A DNA stretch of 59,881 nucleotides, filler included, from Barthelona sp. PAP020 (taxonomy: Eukaryota): NCBI GenBank assembly GCA_040182905.1. It is 4 parts of 4 records of this genome, joined end to end, with 100 filler letters (N's around TTAATTAATTAA, not from the genome) between each part and the next. Parts side by side here need not be neighbours in the genome. Positions count along the whole stretch, not along the records: positions 1 to 14,999 come from JARQWU010000292.1; positions 15,100 to 29,985 come from JARQWU010000293.1; 2 more parts are not named here. The stretch is one strand, 5' to 3'. The position numbers and the translations under genes were made by a program. Position 1 is the stretch's first letter, and the number at the start of each line of letters is the position of its first letter. The notes below the pieces were generated by a model, which was not told the DNA's origin, did no database searches, and saw only the letters and a program-made list of their open reading frames with translations. This document shows, in pieces, positions 11,241-21,788 of this stretch.

Positions 11241-13355
11241 TCAGCAGATGGACTGGAGAAATCGTACAATTTTGGAATGACCTTTCATTCTGGCAATATC
11301 CATTGGTGTCCATCTTTGATGAGCTTTGAGTTCTACATTGATATTCCCATGAAATAAAAGAATTTTGACTATGTTAAGATGACCAATTTGACAACTGATG
11401 TGCAAAGGAGAAAATCCACCGTCCCTACACAAATTAACATCTGCTCCATGATCTAAGAGCATTTTGACAACATTAATATGACCTTGTTGACAACTGATGT
11501 ACAATGGTGAAGTGCCATTGTTCTTACACAAATTAACATCTGCTCCATGATCCAAGAGCATTTTGGCAACATCAAGATGACCATTTTCACAACTAATAAA
11601 CAATGAAGAAGCACCTTCTTTCATACATAAATTAACATTTGCTCCATGATCTAAGAGTATTTTGGCAAAATCAAGATGACCTTTTTGACAACTGATGTAT
11701 AATGGAGAAAATCCATTAATCGTACACAAATTAACATCAGTTCCATGATCCAAGAGCATTTTGGCGACATCAAGATGACCATTTTGACAACTGATGTACA
11801 ATGGAGAAAGATTAGTTTTCATACACAAATTAACATCTGCTCCATGGTCTAAGAGCATTTTGGCAACATTAAGATGACCATTTTGACAACTGACAAATAA
11901 TGGAGAATAACCATCATTATCACACAAATTAACATCAGCTCCATGATCTAACAGCATTTTGGCAACATCAAGATGACCATTTTGACAACTGATGGACAAT
12001 GGAGAAATACCATTATTATTACACAAATTAACATCAGTTCCATGATCCAAGAGCATTTTGCCGACATCAAGATGACCTTTTTGACAACTAACATATAATG
12101 AAGAATATCCTCCATTCTTACTCAAATTAACATTAGCGCCAAAATCCAACAAAAACTCAACAACTTCAATTTGCCCATCAAAAGCAGCTCCCCAAAGCGA
12201 TGTTCTTCCTTCCTTGCCCTGTTTGTTCACATCAACGCCAGCTTTGATACACTGCTTGACAACCTCAAGATTACCATCACAAGCTGCATAATATATCTTC
12301 TTTGGCCGACCATTATCTTCAAATCCATCCACATCGAACCCATCTGGAACAACAACTTGATCCATGTTATGCTTAACATAAGGGTCAACTTCCTCTTCAA
12401 TACCTGTCTCTTCAACCACAGTATCGACAAGCATCTTCAGATAATCAGCAATCAACTCGAAAGACGGACGCTCGGTAGGGTTTTCATTGAAACACAGCTT
12501 TATAATACAATGGCCAGGAACCGAATCAATCATCTCGTCGGAGTATGGCAATTTCCCATTAAGCAAATATCTATACGTTTTACGATCATCAATGCCCTCA
12601 AAAGGACGAACGCCTGTCATTACATAAATCATCATCACGGCAAATGCCCACACATCGATAGCCTTTCGATTAATTTCATCCTCATTTTCCCAAACAAGGA
12701 TTTCAGGAGCAATGTATGCAATAGCGCCTACCATAGAAACCATTGAAAAACTGTTGGCATCTTTCACAGTTCCAAAATCGCTCAAAGCAGGAATGAACTT
12801 TCCACTTACCTTCCTCAAAAGAACATTGTTGGGTTTCAGATCGCCATGAACTAAGCCACATTCGTGACAGTAATCCATTGTGGAAGCAACCTGCATGAGT
12901 ATTGTCAGCTTTTCCATCAACGAAAGGTTGGGTATTTCATGTTCTAGAACTGAATCACAAAATTCCATGACTATTCCAATCTTGCCATTAATTTCGGTCA
13001 CACCATGAACTTGACGAATGCAAGGATGATGCAGCGCCATTGGCACGCATTCTTTGAGGAAATCATGTTCTACCGGCGTCTTGTGAAAAAACTTGATGAT
13101 ATGAACAATTCCGTATTTTTCAGCGGTGCACAAACATCCAAATGCTCCTGTTGCAAAATACGGATCAAGTATTTTAAAGGTAGATCCAAGAATTTCGGTA
13201 GGTTTCAAAGAATTCATAATCTCTGTGAATGATTCTAGATTGGGTATCCGATTCTTACCCTTTGATCGCCAGTTTGTAACAAAAATAAGGTCAACTTCCT
13301 TTTCCTTCAGTTCAATTATCTTTCTAAGGAATGTAATGTCAGTGTTAACAACCAT
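11241..13355 (-). CDS. Protein kinase (non-RD) fused to ~11 ankyrin repeats
   Basis: Kinase motifs GAFG, IIK, HGDLKPNNVLL, DFG, APE, DVWAFA, RPSF; 33-aa repeats GxSPLYISCQxGHLDVAKMLLDHGADVNLC. Confidence 0.95.
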   Translation of the reverse strand: MVVNTDITFLRKIIELKEKEVDLIFVTNWRSKGKNRIPNLESFTEIMNSLKPTEILGSTFKILDPYFATGAFGCLCTAEKYGIVHIIKFFHKTPVEHDFLKECVPMALHHPCIRQVHGVTEINGKIGIVMEFCDSVLEHEIPNLSLMEKLTILMQVASTMDYCHECGLVHGDLKPNNVLLRKVSGKFIPALSDFGTVKDANSFSMVSMVGAIAYIAPEILVWENEDEINRKAIDVWAFAVMMIYVMTGVRPFEGIDDRKTYRYLLNGKLPYSDEMIDSVPGHCIIKLCFNENPTERPSFELIADYLKMLVDTVVEETGIEEEVDPYVKHNMDQVVVPDGFDVDGFEDNGRPKKIYYAACDGNLEVVKQCIKAGVDVNKQGKEGRTSLWGAAFDGQIEVVEFLLDFGANVNLSKNGGYSSLYVSCQKGHLDVGKMLLDHGTDVNLCNNNGISPLSISCQNGHLDVAKMLLDHGADVNLCDNDGYSPLFVSCQNGHLNVAKMLLDHGADVNLCMKTNLSPLYISCQNGHLDVAKMLLDHGTDVNLCTINGFSPLYISCQKGHLDFAKILLDHGANVNLCMKEGASSLFISCENGHLDVAKMLLDHGADVNLCKNNGTSPLYISCQQGHINVVKMLLDHGADVNLCRDGGFSPLHISCQIGHLNIVKILLFHGNINVELKAHQRWTPMDIARMKGHSKIVRFLQSIC

Positions 13356-13519
13356 TGTGTGTAAAAAAGAAATTAAAAAAAGCTAAAATGGTATTTGATC
13401 TTTTGAAAATGTTTGAAATATTTTTCCAGGAGCAATCAGTTGTTGTTTTAATTTTGTCGTTGTCCAAATGAAATGAGCAGAGTAAGTAGACTAATCCGTG
13501 ATATTTTTGTCATTGTGTA

Positions 13520-14105
13520 ATTTGATTCTTTCTGGAGACCTCCTTTTTCGAATTGATTCACCCAATTGAGCTTTTGACATTAATTTAAACATTGTGAACA
13601 TGTCACACAATTCTGAAAGTTTGTCATGATGATGTTTGTTCGAATTTTTCAAACAAAAGACATTATTCCGATTCATTTTTATAGATTTGTTGATGTAGTG
13701 ATGGCATGATGGTATTGACATGTGTCTGCTCACGAAATTCACAAATTCAACTTGCAAGAGTGCGATATGTATCTTCTATTGTTCTTTCATTGATGAAACC
13801 TTTTTCATTTCTTCAATGAGAGTCTCTAATGTTGTTAGTGTGACAACCTTCAATTTAGTTAATAAAATCAACATCATTTATTATCAATATTTTTTGTTCT
13901 TGTTGTGTGGAACTCCAACAATAGGTTAATCTTAAGAATGGATAAAAATGGCCTGATAATTTGCTCCAAAAGTGACATAAGCTTATTTAAAGTGAAAGAA
14001 AACCCAAAGAATCATTTTGGAGAATTTCGGCAAAACTTATGGTGTGAGATCCAGACTGAAAGTACATTGTGTGAATCCAGGTTGTGTCTTTGGAAAGAAT
14101 TCCTG
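13520..14105. repeat. Conserved upstream block shared with 57725-58310 (5' flank of ankyrin genes; decayed coding-like sequence)
   Basis: Colinear shared blocks such as atgatgtttgttcgaat, ctcacgaaattcacaaatt, aatgttgttagt.tgacaaccttcaattta, taatcttaagaa.ggataaaa. Confidence 0.9.
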
Positions 14106-14111
14106 ACCCTG

Positions 14112-14274
14112 CTTTTTTGATTTTTTGCAAAAGCAAAATATTGAAGTTTAAACTTTACCTTAGAAAATCAAAAGTTTTTCAACAGATCAATCGGGCCTCG
14201 AAAGCGTTTAAACAAATGAGCACTATTCTTCTGTGTTCACTCATACGCACAGTGTTTCTTGGCTTGGAAATAAT
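14112..14274 (+). mobile_element. Dispersed repeat family R, terminal part
   Basis: Aligns to 55139-55459 and 58335-58657; ends cactcatacgcacagtgtttcttggcttggaaataat. Confidence 0.8.
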
Positions 14275-14309
14275 TGCTATAAAATAAATTCAAGATACTC
14301 ACTTTGATG

Positions 14310-14438
14310 AATTTTAGTCAAAACCAAAGCGGAGAATTAAAGGACTGAAATGTAACTTCGATGATCAAGTGGGAAAATTTGGTGAAATTTTCTTGTCCCT
14401 GTTTTTTGTATTTTTTCAACAGCAAAATTTTAAAGTTC
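14310..14438 (+). mobile_element. Dispersed repeat family R, diverged internal fragment
   Basis: ggactgaaatgtaa...gatcaagtggga...agcaaaattttaaagtt matches the interior of the 58335-58657 copy. Confidence 0.7.
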
Positions 14439-14859
14439 TGACTTAGTTTTTTGAAAATTAAAAATTGAAGAAGTTAACATAGAAATATTGGTTTTGATCA
14501 CTCTAAAAGAGATTTGTAGCACATTACCTTTGTTATTAAATAGCATGACAAAAATGTCATGACAATTACAAAACAATACAATAAAGCAACTGCTCTTTTG
14601 TTTTTGTGAAGAATTGTCCAACAAGGTATATTCTATTTCTTAGACAAAGAATCTGAGTTTTGTATTGAATGAAAGAGGAAGTTCAATGTGAAGTTAAAGC
14701 ACCTCAAATGAAACATTCCAAGCCCTCTTCAAATCACTCATAGTAATAAACCTTTCTCAGAGACTATATCAAAAAAAGAATAAACTAAGATTTATATGTG
14801 AAGAAAAAATATCCACAAAACATGAATGGAATAAACATGTAACAACGCAAACCCACTCA

Positions 14860-14999
14860 CTAATTATCATCATCACTCTCATCACTGTCATCATCTTCTA
14901 TCTCTTCATCAATATACTGACGCATATTACCACCATTCCTTTCATTGATGTCAATCAAATCCCAACATAAGTTGATTGACATGTCAAAATCTCTTTGAT
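14860..14999 (-). CDS. 3' end of a paralog of the 56074-57570 ankyrin gene (cut by assembly gap)
   Basis: Reads QRDFDMSINLCWDLIDINERNGGNMRQYIDEEIEDDDSDESDDDN*; near identical to 56074-56222 including 3' flank ataaacatgtaacaacgcaaacccactcac; absent from ORF track. Confidence 0.9.
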
Positions 15000-15099
15000 N
15001 NNNNNNNNNNNNNNNNNNNNNNNNNNNNNNNNNNNNNNNNNNNTTAATTAATTAANNNNNNNNNNNNNNNNNNNNNNNNNNNNNNNNNNNNNNNNNNNN
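15000..15099. other. Artificial contig spacer (N-run + TTAATTAATTAA six-frame stop)
   Basis: Same 100-nt spacer occurs three times. Confidence 0.97.
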
Positions 15100-15346
15100 A
15101 TATCAGTTTTGAGTGTTTGCTGTCGTCACTCAATTGGGATGTTTTATGGAGTCTCTTTACGGAAAAGTTCAATAAAGTCTTATTTCATATTTTCTTTTAA
15201 CGAGCAAAAAAAAAAAAAAAAAATGTTTTTTATGTCTTTTCAAATTTTAAAAAAAAATATAACAAATTAAAACAATAAAGAAAAATGAAACAATTGAAAA
15301 AAAAAAAATCCAAAAGGTCATCATTTGAATTTTTACCAAAAAAAAA

Positions 15347-16951
15347 ATGACAATGAGTCTTTCTGCTGATGTATCAGAAGTTTCATTAGCATTAGTTCGT
15401 GATTTTTTAAAAAGAAATGGACTAAATGAAACATTAAGTATTTTAGAAAAAGAATCGCCTCGTGAATCACATTCGATTGGCTCAAAATCTCAATTATTAA
15501 AATCTATTAGATTGGAGAAGGAATATGTAAAGAATCGAGAAACCAACAGCTCTTATTCATCCATTTTAGAAATATTTGTTCAAACTCGTTTGGAGCGTAT
15601 CGCTTCAACAAAAGATAATGGATTAAAGATAAGACCTGGAACTGCACCTGTCAAACCTGAAACTAAACAAATGGCATCTCAGCAATCGAACAGATCGAAT
15701 TCTCGTCCTCCTTCAAGACAAGATCATCGTCCTGAATCTGCTGTTGGTAGTAGATTTAATTTGGGACCATCATCTTTGAATAATTCAAGATCTAAAAAAA
15801 ATATTGTAAATGATGTTCCTAGTTCTGGTCCTGTTTCTATTGGCAAAGTCACTTCTGAGCAAAGACATCATAAAATCACATCTTCATCTTCGCTAATTTT
15901 GGAAGATATCACAGATAATTTTGATAACGGTTTTGATATTTCTGTAGAACAACAACAAATAGCACCAACAAGAGATTTGACGTTTGAAGAATTGGAAGAG
16001 TTAGGAAGCTTGATGTTTGGACCTGGACAAGGAAGAGTATTTCCCGAATCTTGGCGTCAAGGATTTTATTTTTCAAAAGAAGTTAGCTATGGGCTAAAAC
16101 AAAGAGATGGTGGACCATGTGGTGTTATTGCACCTGTTCAAGCATATCTCTTCAAAGAAATGTTAAAATTTGGAAAGCCCTTTGATTCAATTGATACAAC
16201 AAAACTGTTACAGTTTGCATTAAGCTCAATCTTGGAAAAAATTGCTAAAAATGGTATGGTTTCTGTTGTTTTACCAAAAGCTGGTGATAACGCTTTTTTT
16301 AACCTTCCATGTTCAAATTGGAATGTGTTTGAAATTCCTTCACTCCAATTACAAACAGTGATGAGAAATTTTATGCCAATTTTCATGCGAAAGAAAGGTG
16401 TTGGTATCATTGCTTTCTGTTTATCTGCTATTCTGACTCGAGGGTTGGACAGAATAATTGCTGATTTTGATCATCCTCAAAATTCTCTTATGGGGAGATT
16501 TGCCCAATGTAATCAAGAACTAGTCAATCTTTTGTTGACAGGTAGAGCAACAACAAATTGCTTTGATGGTGTGCAAAGCTTTGACGAAATGGAATTGACA
16601 GGAATTGTTGAAAAACCGGAAATTGGTTTAATCAGCATTTATGAAGTGTTAAATCATTTGATAGTTGGTGACAATTACAAATTCCCCTCATTTCCTGTTT
16701 GGATCATCTTTAATGAAAACCATTATGCCACATTATGCACCACACAGTTAGCTAAATATGAATCATGTGATGATTTAGAATTTGTTTATTGGGACCAATT
16801 GGCAAAACAAAGAGAAGAGATCATTCTCATTTTAAAAAAGAACAGATTTGCTCCAACGAGGTCGGAAAATGATTCTATGTTAATTAGAATTTTAGAAACA
16901 ATTAGTATTTTCAAAGGAGATTATCATTGGAAAAATGAAAGTGTTCTTTAA
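15347..16951 (+). CDS. MINDY-3/4 family deubiquitinase with N-terminal LisH-like motif
   Basis: GLKQRDGGPCGVIAPVQA (catalytic Cys), QELVNLLLTGRA..N.FDG, VG...K.P.FPVWI...E.HY. Confidence 0.9.
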   Translation: MTMSLSADVSEVSLALVRDFLKRNGLNETLSILEKESPRESHSIGSKSQLLKSIRLEKEYVKNRETNSSYSSILEIFVQTRLERIASTKDNGLKIRPGTAPVKPETKQMASQQSNRSNSRPPSRQDHRPESAVGSRFNLGPSSLNNSRSKKNIVNDVPSSGPVSIGKVTSEQRHHKITSSSSLILEDITDNFDNGFDISVEQQQIAPTRDLTFEELEELGSLMFGPGQGRVFPESWRQGFYFSKEVSYGLKQRDGGPCGVIAPVQAYLFKEMLKFGKPFDSIDTTKLLQFALSSILEKIAKNGMVSVVLPKAGDNAFFNLPCSNWNVFEIPSLQLQTVMRNFMPIFMRKKGVGIIAFCLSAILTRGLDRIIADFDHPQNSLMGRFAQCNQELVNLLLTGRATTNCFDGVQSFDEMELTGIVEKPEIGLISIYEVLNHLIVGDNYKFPSFPVWIIFNENHYATLCTTQLAKYESCDDLEFVYWDQLAKQREEIILILKKNRFAPTRSENDSMLIRILETISIFKGDYHWKNESVL

Positions 16952-17225
16952 TTTATTTTTCCATTTTTCATAAATTGTATCAAATAGACAAATATTTTTT
17001 CTTGAAGGCGGTTTATCTTTTTCCATTGAAATCATTCAACCTGCAAAGATATTAACTGACACACTTCTTGGTCACTTTTTCTTCAAAAATTAGAAAAGTT
17101 CAATCATATAGATATTATCTTTTCTTGTGAAATCATTCTTTACATTTCAAAAAATAAGCAATAAAAAAAAAGATTCACTTTTTTCATTTATTTGTGTCCT
17201 CTGTCATTGTTAATTTGGTTAGAAA

Positions 17226-18440
17226 ATGGCAGATATTAGTCTCGAATACAAAATATGGAAAAAAAATACCCCATTTCTTTATGATCAAGTTATCACACAT
17301 CCCTTGGAGTTTCCAAGTCTTACTGTGAATTGGTTACCCGATGTTAAGTATGATAGAAATAATGAATCAGTTACTCAACGTCTTTTGGTTGGTACACATG
17401 CTCCCAGTGGAGAACCAAATTATCTTAAAATTTTAAATGTAACTACCCCTTCCAATCAAGTAGATATTGATATCACTCAATATGATGCTGGATCTGTTGA
17501 ATTTGGAGGTTTTAATAATGATATTTCTGCCAGAGTCGTTGAAAAAATGACAATCCCTCATCCTGGTGAAATTAACATTGCAAGACACTGTCCTTATAAC
17601 AGTGCGTTGATTGCAACTCGTTCTCCCGAAGGTTGTTTCGTCTATAATTACACAAGACACCCTTCAAGACCTGTAAAAGGAGCTGAACCTTCCCCTGATA
17701 TTCGATTGAATGATTGTAAGGGAGATTATTTTGCCCTTTGTTGGTCTCCTGCATCTAATGCTTTGTTGGCTTCAGGTTCTGATGGAAGAGCTGTTGTTTG
17801 GGATTTAGATGCTGAATTGCCAAAAGCATTTGACCCTATTTGGACTAAAAAAGTTGGATCTGAAATAAACGACGTCCAATTTCATTATCAAAGTAAAAAT
17901 ATTTTGGCTGTAGCTGGTGAAGATCTTGCTATTTTTGATACTAGGGGAGATGATACACTTAAGCCAAAGAATCCTCATCAAGGAAGTGTTAACTGTATTG
18001 GTTTCAATCATTTCAATCCCAATATCTTCTTGAGTGGTGGACAAGATTCAATTGTCAAATTGTGGGACATGCGCAATTTGTCTGAGCCTCTGTATAACTT
18101 TTGTGGGCATGATGATGAAGTTTTTGGTGTGGCATTTTCTCCTTTCAATGAAGCTGTATTTGCCTCCAGTTCTGCGGACAGAAGAATAGCCATTTGGGAT
18201 CCTGCAAGAATTGGTGAATTACAATCTGAAGTTGATAGACAAGATGGTGCTGCAGAATTGTTATTCTTACATGCTGGTCATCAAGCAAGACTTTGTGACT
18301 TCAGTTGGAATCCCAACAAAGGACAAGAATTTGTCATTGCAAGTGTTGCTGAGGACAATCTTCTTCAAATATGGCAAATGGCTGGAAATATCTATGCTAA
18401 TCTTTCTCTTGATCAAATTACTCTTAAACAAGTAGAATAG
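17226..18440 (+). CDS. RBBP4: Histone-binding WD40 protein RBBP4/MSI1 (CAF-1 subunit C)
   Basis: EYKIWKKNTPFLYD...LE.PSLTV.WLP; DG..ELLF.H.GH.A...DFSWNP; SVAEDN.LQIWQ. Confidence 0.95.
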   Translation: MADISLEYKIWKKNTPFLYDQVITHPLEFPSLTVNWLPDVKYDRNNESVTQRLLVGTHAPSGEPNYLKILNVTTPSNQVDIDITQYDAGSVEFGGFNNDISARVVEKMTIPHPGEINIARHCPYNSALIATRSPEGCFVYNYTRHPSRPVKGAEPSPDIRLNDCKGDYFALCWSPASNALLASGSDGRAVVWDLDAELPKAFDPIWTKKVGSEINDVQFHYQSKNILAVAGEDLAIFDTRGDDTLKPKNPHQGSVNCIGFNHFNPNIFLSGGQDSIVKLWDMRNLSEPLYNFCGHDDEVFGVAFSPFNEAVFASSSADRRIAIWDPARIGELQSEVDRQDGAAELLFLHAGHQARLCDFSWNPNKGQEFVIASVAEDNLLQIWQMAGNIYANLSLDQITLKQVE

Positions 18441-18662
18441 CTTTATTTTTAATTAATTATACAATGAAACAATTATAAAAACTTTTAAAAAGGGTGAATT
18501 TTATTTTTTTTATCCATTTTCTTCCAAAATATTAATTATTTTCCCTCTAAAAACAAATTTTCACACAAACAATGATGAAACAAGTTGATAAATCAAAACA
18601 ATATAATGAAATGAAAAAAAGAAAGTGGTGATATTTTTTTTTTGGCTGAAAACAGATATATA

Positions 18663-21600
18663 ATGAACATACCAAATGATAAGGAATTGCAAGCACCACC
18701 TAAATCTGCAGCTGCAGCAAGATTGGAAATTGTTGATGCATTCGAATCAGCTGTTGTGGAAACACCTGATCAATTTGTACAATTATGTGAAGATTTAAAA
18801 GAAAAAGAATTATTTACGGATAAATCTGTTGTTGTTGTTTCTAAAATATTTAAAATTTTATCCGATAAAATTAATTGCTTTAATATTAAAGATTTAGATG
18901 CTACTTTTGCGTTAGAATACAGTAATTTATTTATATCACAAACGAAAAATGAAAAAATTTTACAGCCTCTATCTGAAATTTTAAAATCATTTTGTCAAAT
19001 TGATTTCACTGTCTCTAATCATATATGTCATAATCTTTGTACTTATAAACATTTGAATGGAAAACATTTATCAAATTTAGCCTTTCTAATTGATAGTCTT
19101 GCTCAAAGTATAACTTTTGATGGGTTTATTGATTTCTTTATCCAACACATAAAAGAAATTAATCGAGTTGTTCGAAATAAACTGCTTATTTTAGCAAAAA
19201 CGTTATCTTCTAAAGATCCGGATTTCATTTCCAAATTAGATGTTTTACCTGTACCTTTAATCAAGACAATAACCACACATATTGGCGTAAATATTGATGA
19301 TTTGGAAGAAAATAACAAGAAGTTGAAAAAAAATGAGAAGGTTGAAAAAACAAACAAAATTATTGAAATCGCCCCTGAAAAACAAGAAATAAATAATTTT
19401 AATATGAGTTCATTGTCCAGCAAAAAGTTAGATTCCACTAAATGGAAGGAAAGGCAATCATATTTGAAAGAAATTTTGGGTAATATTGAAAAGGAAAATG
19501 TTTCCTCCGAACTACCAAGAGATTTTTCCAGATCTTTAAAAGAACGGTTAAAGAGTGAATCAGTCGTTGCAATCAATGTTGATATTGTTGAATTCATTAG
19601 AATCTATTTTCAAAAAGGTCAATCTATTTCAAATATTGTCAAATCTGCCAAAGGATTCATTGATGCTTTGGTTCCTTTATTAAATGATAATAATAAAAGA
19701 CTTAGGCAAGGGGTATTGAATACTGTAACCGCAATCACAAAAATAGCATCATTAAAGAAAGTTTTACCCGCTTTTTTGAAAGGTTTAGAAAATCAGGCAC
19801 AAACTGGTCAAATTGAAATCCTTCAATTCCTTTTAAGTTGCATTGAAGATGAAGATTATTTACCTGCTTTAAATGCTTTAGTTGTATGCATTGTACCTTT
19901 ATTAACCGAAGGTAATAACACCATTAGATCATTAACAGAAGAACTTTTGATGAAATTGGTTACAAAAACAGGAATGGAACCTGTCATGAAGCGGTATAGC
20001 AAATTGTCAACTGCTGATAAAAATTTAGTCGAGCAATATTTTGATAAATTAAATTCAGTGGCTATTTCTATTGAAAACAAAGATAATGCAATAATAAATC
20101 AAACTCCAGCAAAAAATGAAGCATCTTCGACAAAAATCAATTCAACCCATGGAAATCCTGTTACTGTGAAAAAACAGAGTAATAATCATGTACAAAAGAC
20201 AGATTTGAATCGATTGAAGACTGTAAAAGGAAAATCAACTGTATTAATAAGCTCCTCGACAAGAAGGGGGAAACCTACCGAATTTGAAAGAGATGTTGAA
20301 AAGGAAATTAATGAAGAAGAAGAAGAAACAACATCCAACACAATATTGTCATTTAATACACCCAAAAAACAACGTCGTTCCATCTCTTCGACCTTAGATA
20401 AATTGTGTTATAAGGATCCTGAAATTAAATCAATAAGCATGGGAAGGTTAAACCAGACCATGACACCTAGAATAAGTCGTGAATTCTTTTTTGAGGAAAA
20501 TGAATATCAGGAAGAAATTATTGAGCAAATTAAGAGTTTGATTGATACTTTACAATCTACTGATGATCAAATTCTAGCTGAAACTCACAAAAACCTAGCT
20601 GTTTTAATCAATGAAACTAAAAGAAAAGTTATATTTTCTTCAATTGTTGATGAGTTGTGTGAAGCTTTAACGTTTTCTTTGTGTCATGTATTTGGCGACA
20701 CATACAATTATAATGTACTACTGGCTAAATATGTTTTAAATTCGCTAGGAGTGGTATTCAATGACGAAATTCTGGCTTCGAGAATTTCCCATGTTATGTT
20801 GATGCATTTGATTAGGTATATCCTAATGTTTATGGTTGACCCAAAGTTATTGACTTTAGAAGAAGGAAATAGCATGTTAAAGGCCTTTAATCGCATCATG
20901 TTTTTCATTTTGGAAAATACCGATCGAACTACTTTATATTCATCCTTTTTACAAATTTTGAAAGAATTTGCTTCCAATTCTATTGATGATTACAAAAAAT
21001 TGACTGTTGACACAAAACAAAAGTTTTTCAAAGTTTTGGGCAAATGTTTGTCAAAACTTTTATTGAAGCTTAATCGAAATTTAAATGCTGATTATTTTGA
21101 TATTGATATAGTTTTGAAAGATATCAACCTTATTCTAGTGGGTTATCCATATTCTACTGTAAATATAGGTAATCCAAATGATATTCTGGAACTATCTTTA
21201 CCAATTGTCAAACGGATTGTTCAATTATCAGGTCGTGATATCATTGATCATTTTTCATTATTGCCTGTTACAAGAGGTGGTGCTACAATGTTAAGACAAT
21301 ATATAGCTCAATATTTGGTGGAATTCGGTTATGAAGATGTGAGTGAACATGTATTATCACCAAAGAAGCAGAATAATAAAAAAGAAGTACAAAAATCAAT
21401 GATTGAAGAAAAGAGTAATTCAGATTTTGAAGAAGAAGATCCATCTGCATTAGCTGCAAAATTTCTTGAAAGATTAGAAGAATTAAAGACAAATGCCCAA
21501 CATTCAAAACAAGAAAATGCCATTTCAGTTCAAAAAGGAAAAACTCTATTGACAGAAACAAATTCGTTTGACCTTCCAATGTCTCCTTATCTTGAAAAAA

Positions 21601-21788
21601 CATCCACTTCTGCCACATCATCAAAATTCACTACACCTGTACATGAAAAATCAAGATTTTCAAATGTTTCTTCCACAAAGAGACTACAAAATTTAAAACA
21701 ACGAATTGAACAGACTTCAAGAACACAAAGTCCTCCTCAAACATTAAAGAATTTGCAGGATCGAATTTCACAATTGATGAACAAATGA
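18663..21788 (+). CDS. XMAP215/CKAP5-like TOG-domain microtubule polymerase (shortened)
   Basis: TOG signature LDSTKWKER, HEAT repeats, CKAP5-type C-terminal region (N..M..ILEN.DRT, KCL.KL); first ATG 18663. Confidence 0.75.
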   Translation: MNIPNDKELQAPPKSAAAARLEIVDAFESAVVETPDQFVQLCEDLKEKELFTDKSVVVVSKIFKILSDKINCFNIKDLDATFALEYSNLFISQTKNEKILQPLSEILKSFCQIDFTVSNHICHNLCTYKHLNGKHLSNLAFLIDSLAQSITFDGFIDFFIQHIKEINRVVRNKLLILAKTLSSKDPDFISKLDVLPVPLIKTITTHIGVNIDDLEENNKKLKKNEKVEKTNKIIEIAPEKQEINNFNMSSLSSKKLDSTKWKERQSYLKEILGNIEKENVSSELPRDFSRSLKERLKSESVVAINVDIVEFIRIYFQKGQSISNIVKSAKGFIDALVPLLNDNNKRLRQGVLNTVTAITKIASLKKVLPAFLKGLENQAQTGQIEILQFLLSCIEDEDYLPALNALVVCIVPLLTEGNNTIRSLTEELLMKLVTKTGMEPVMKRYSKLSTADKNLVEQYFDKLNSVAISIENKDNAIINQTPAKNEASSTKINSTHGNPVTVKKQSNNHVQKTDLNRLKTVKGKSTVLISSSTRRGKPTEFERDVEKEINEEEEETTSNTILSFNTPKKQRRSISSTLDKLCYKDPEIKSISMGRLNQTMTPRISREFFFEENEYQEEIIEQIKSLIDTLQSTDDQILAETHKNLAVLINETKRKVIFSSIVDELCEALTFSLCHVFGDTYNYNVLLAKYVLNSLGVVFNDEILASRISHVMLMHLIRYILMFMVDPKLLTLEEGNSMLKAFNRIMFFILENTDRTTLYSSFLQILKEFASNSIDDYKKLTVDTKQKFFKVLGKCLSKLLLKLNRNLNADYFDIDIVLKDINLILVGYPYSTVNIGNPNDILELSLPIVKRIVQLSGRDIIDHFSLLPVTRGGATMLRQYIAQYLVEFGYEDVSEHVLSPKKQNNKKEVQKSMIEEKSNSDFEEEDPSALAAKFLERLEELKTNAQHSKQENAISVQKGKTLLTETNSFDLPMSPYLEKTSTSATSSKFTTPVHEKSRFSNVSSTKRLQNLKQRIEQTSRTQSPPQTLKNLQDRISQLMNK

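Noticed and set aside
11340..12140. 99-bp periodic repeats with variable segments as a CRISPR-like array
   Set aside because: They are in-frame ankyrin coding repeats in a eukaryotic gene; no cas genes
14084..14287. Similar short ORFs (FCKSKILKFKLYLRK...) at 14084, 55868 and 58449 as a small-protein family
   Set aside because: They are translations of repeat R with inconsistent non-ATG starts; the 55139 copy has an indel in this frame
15044..15055. TTAATTAATTAA palindrome repeated three times
   Set aside because: Embedded in N-runs; an assembly linker, not biological
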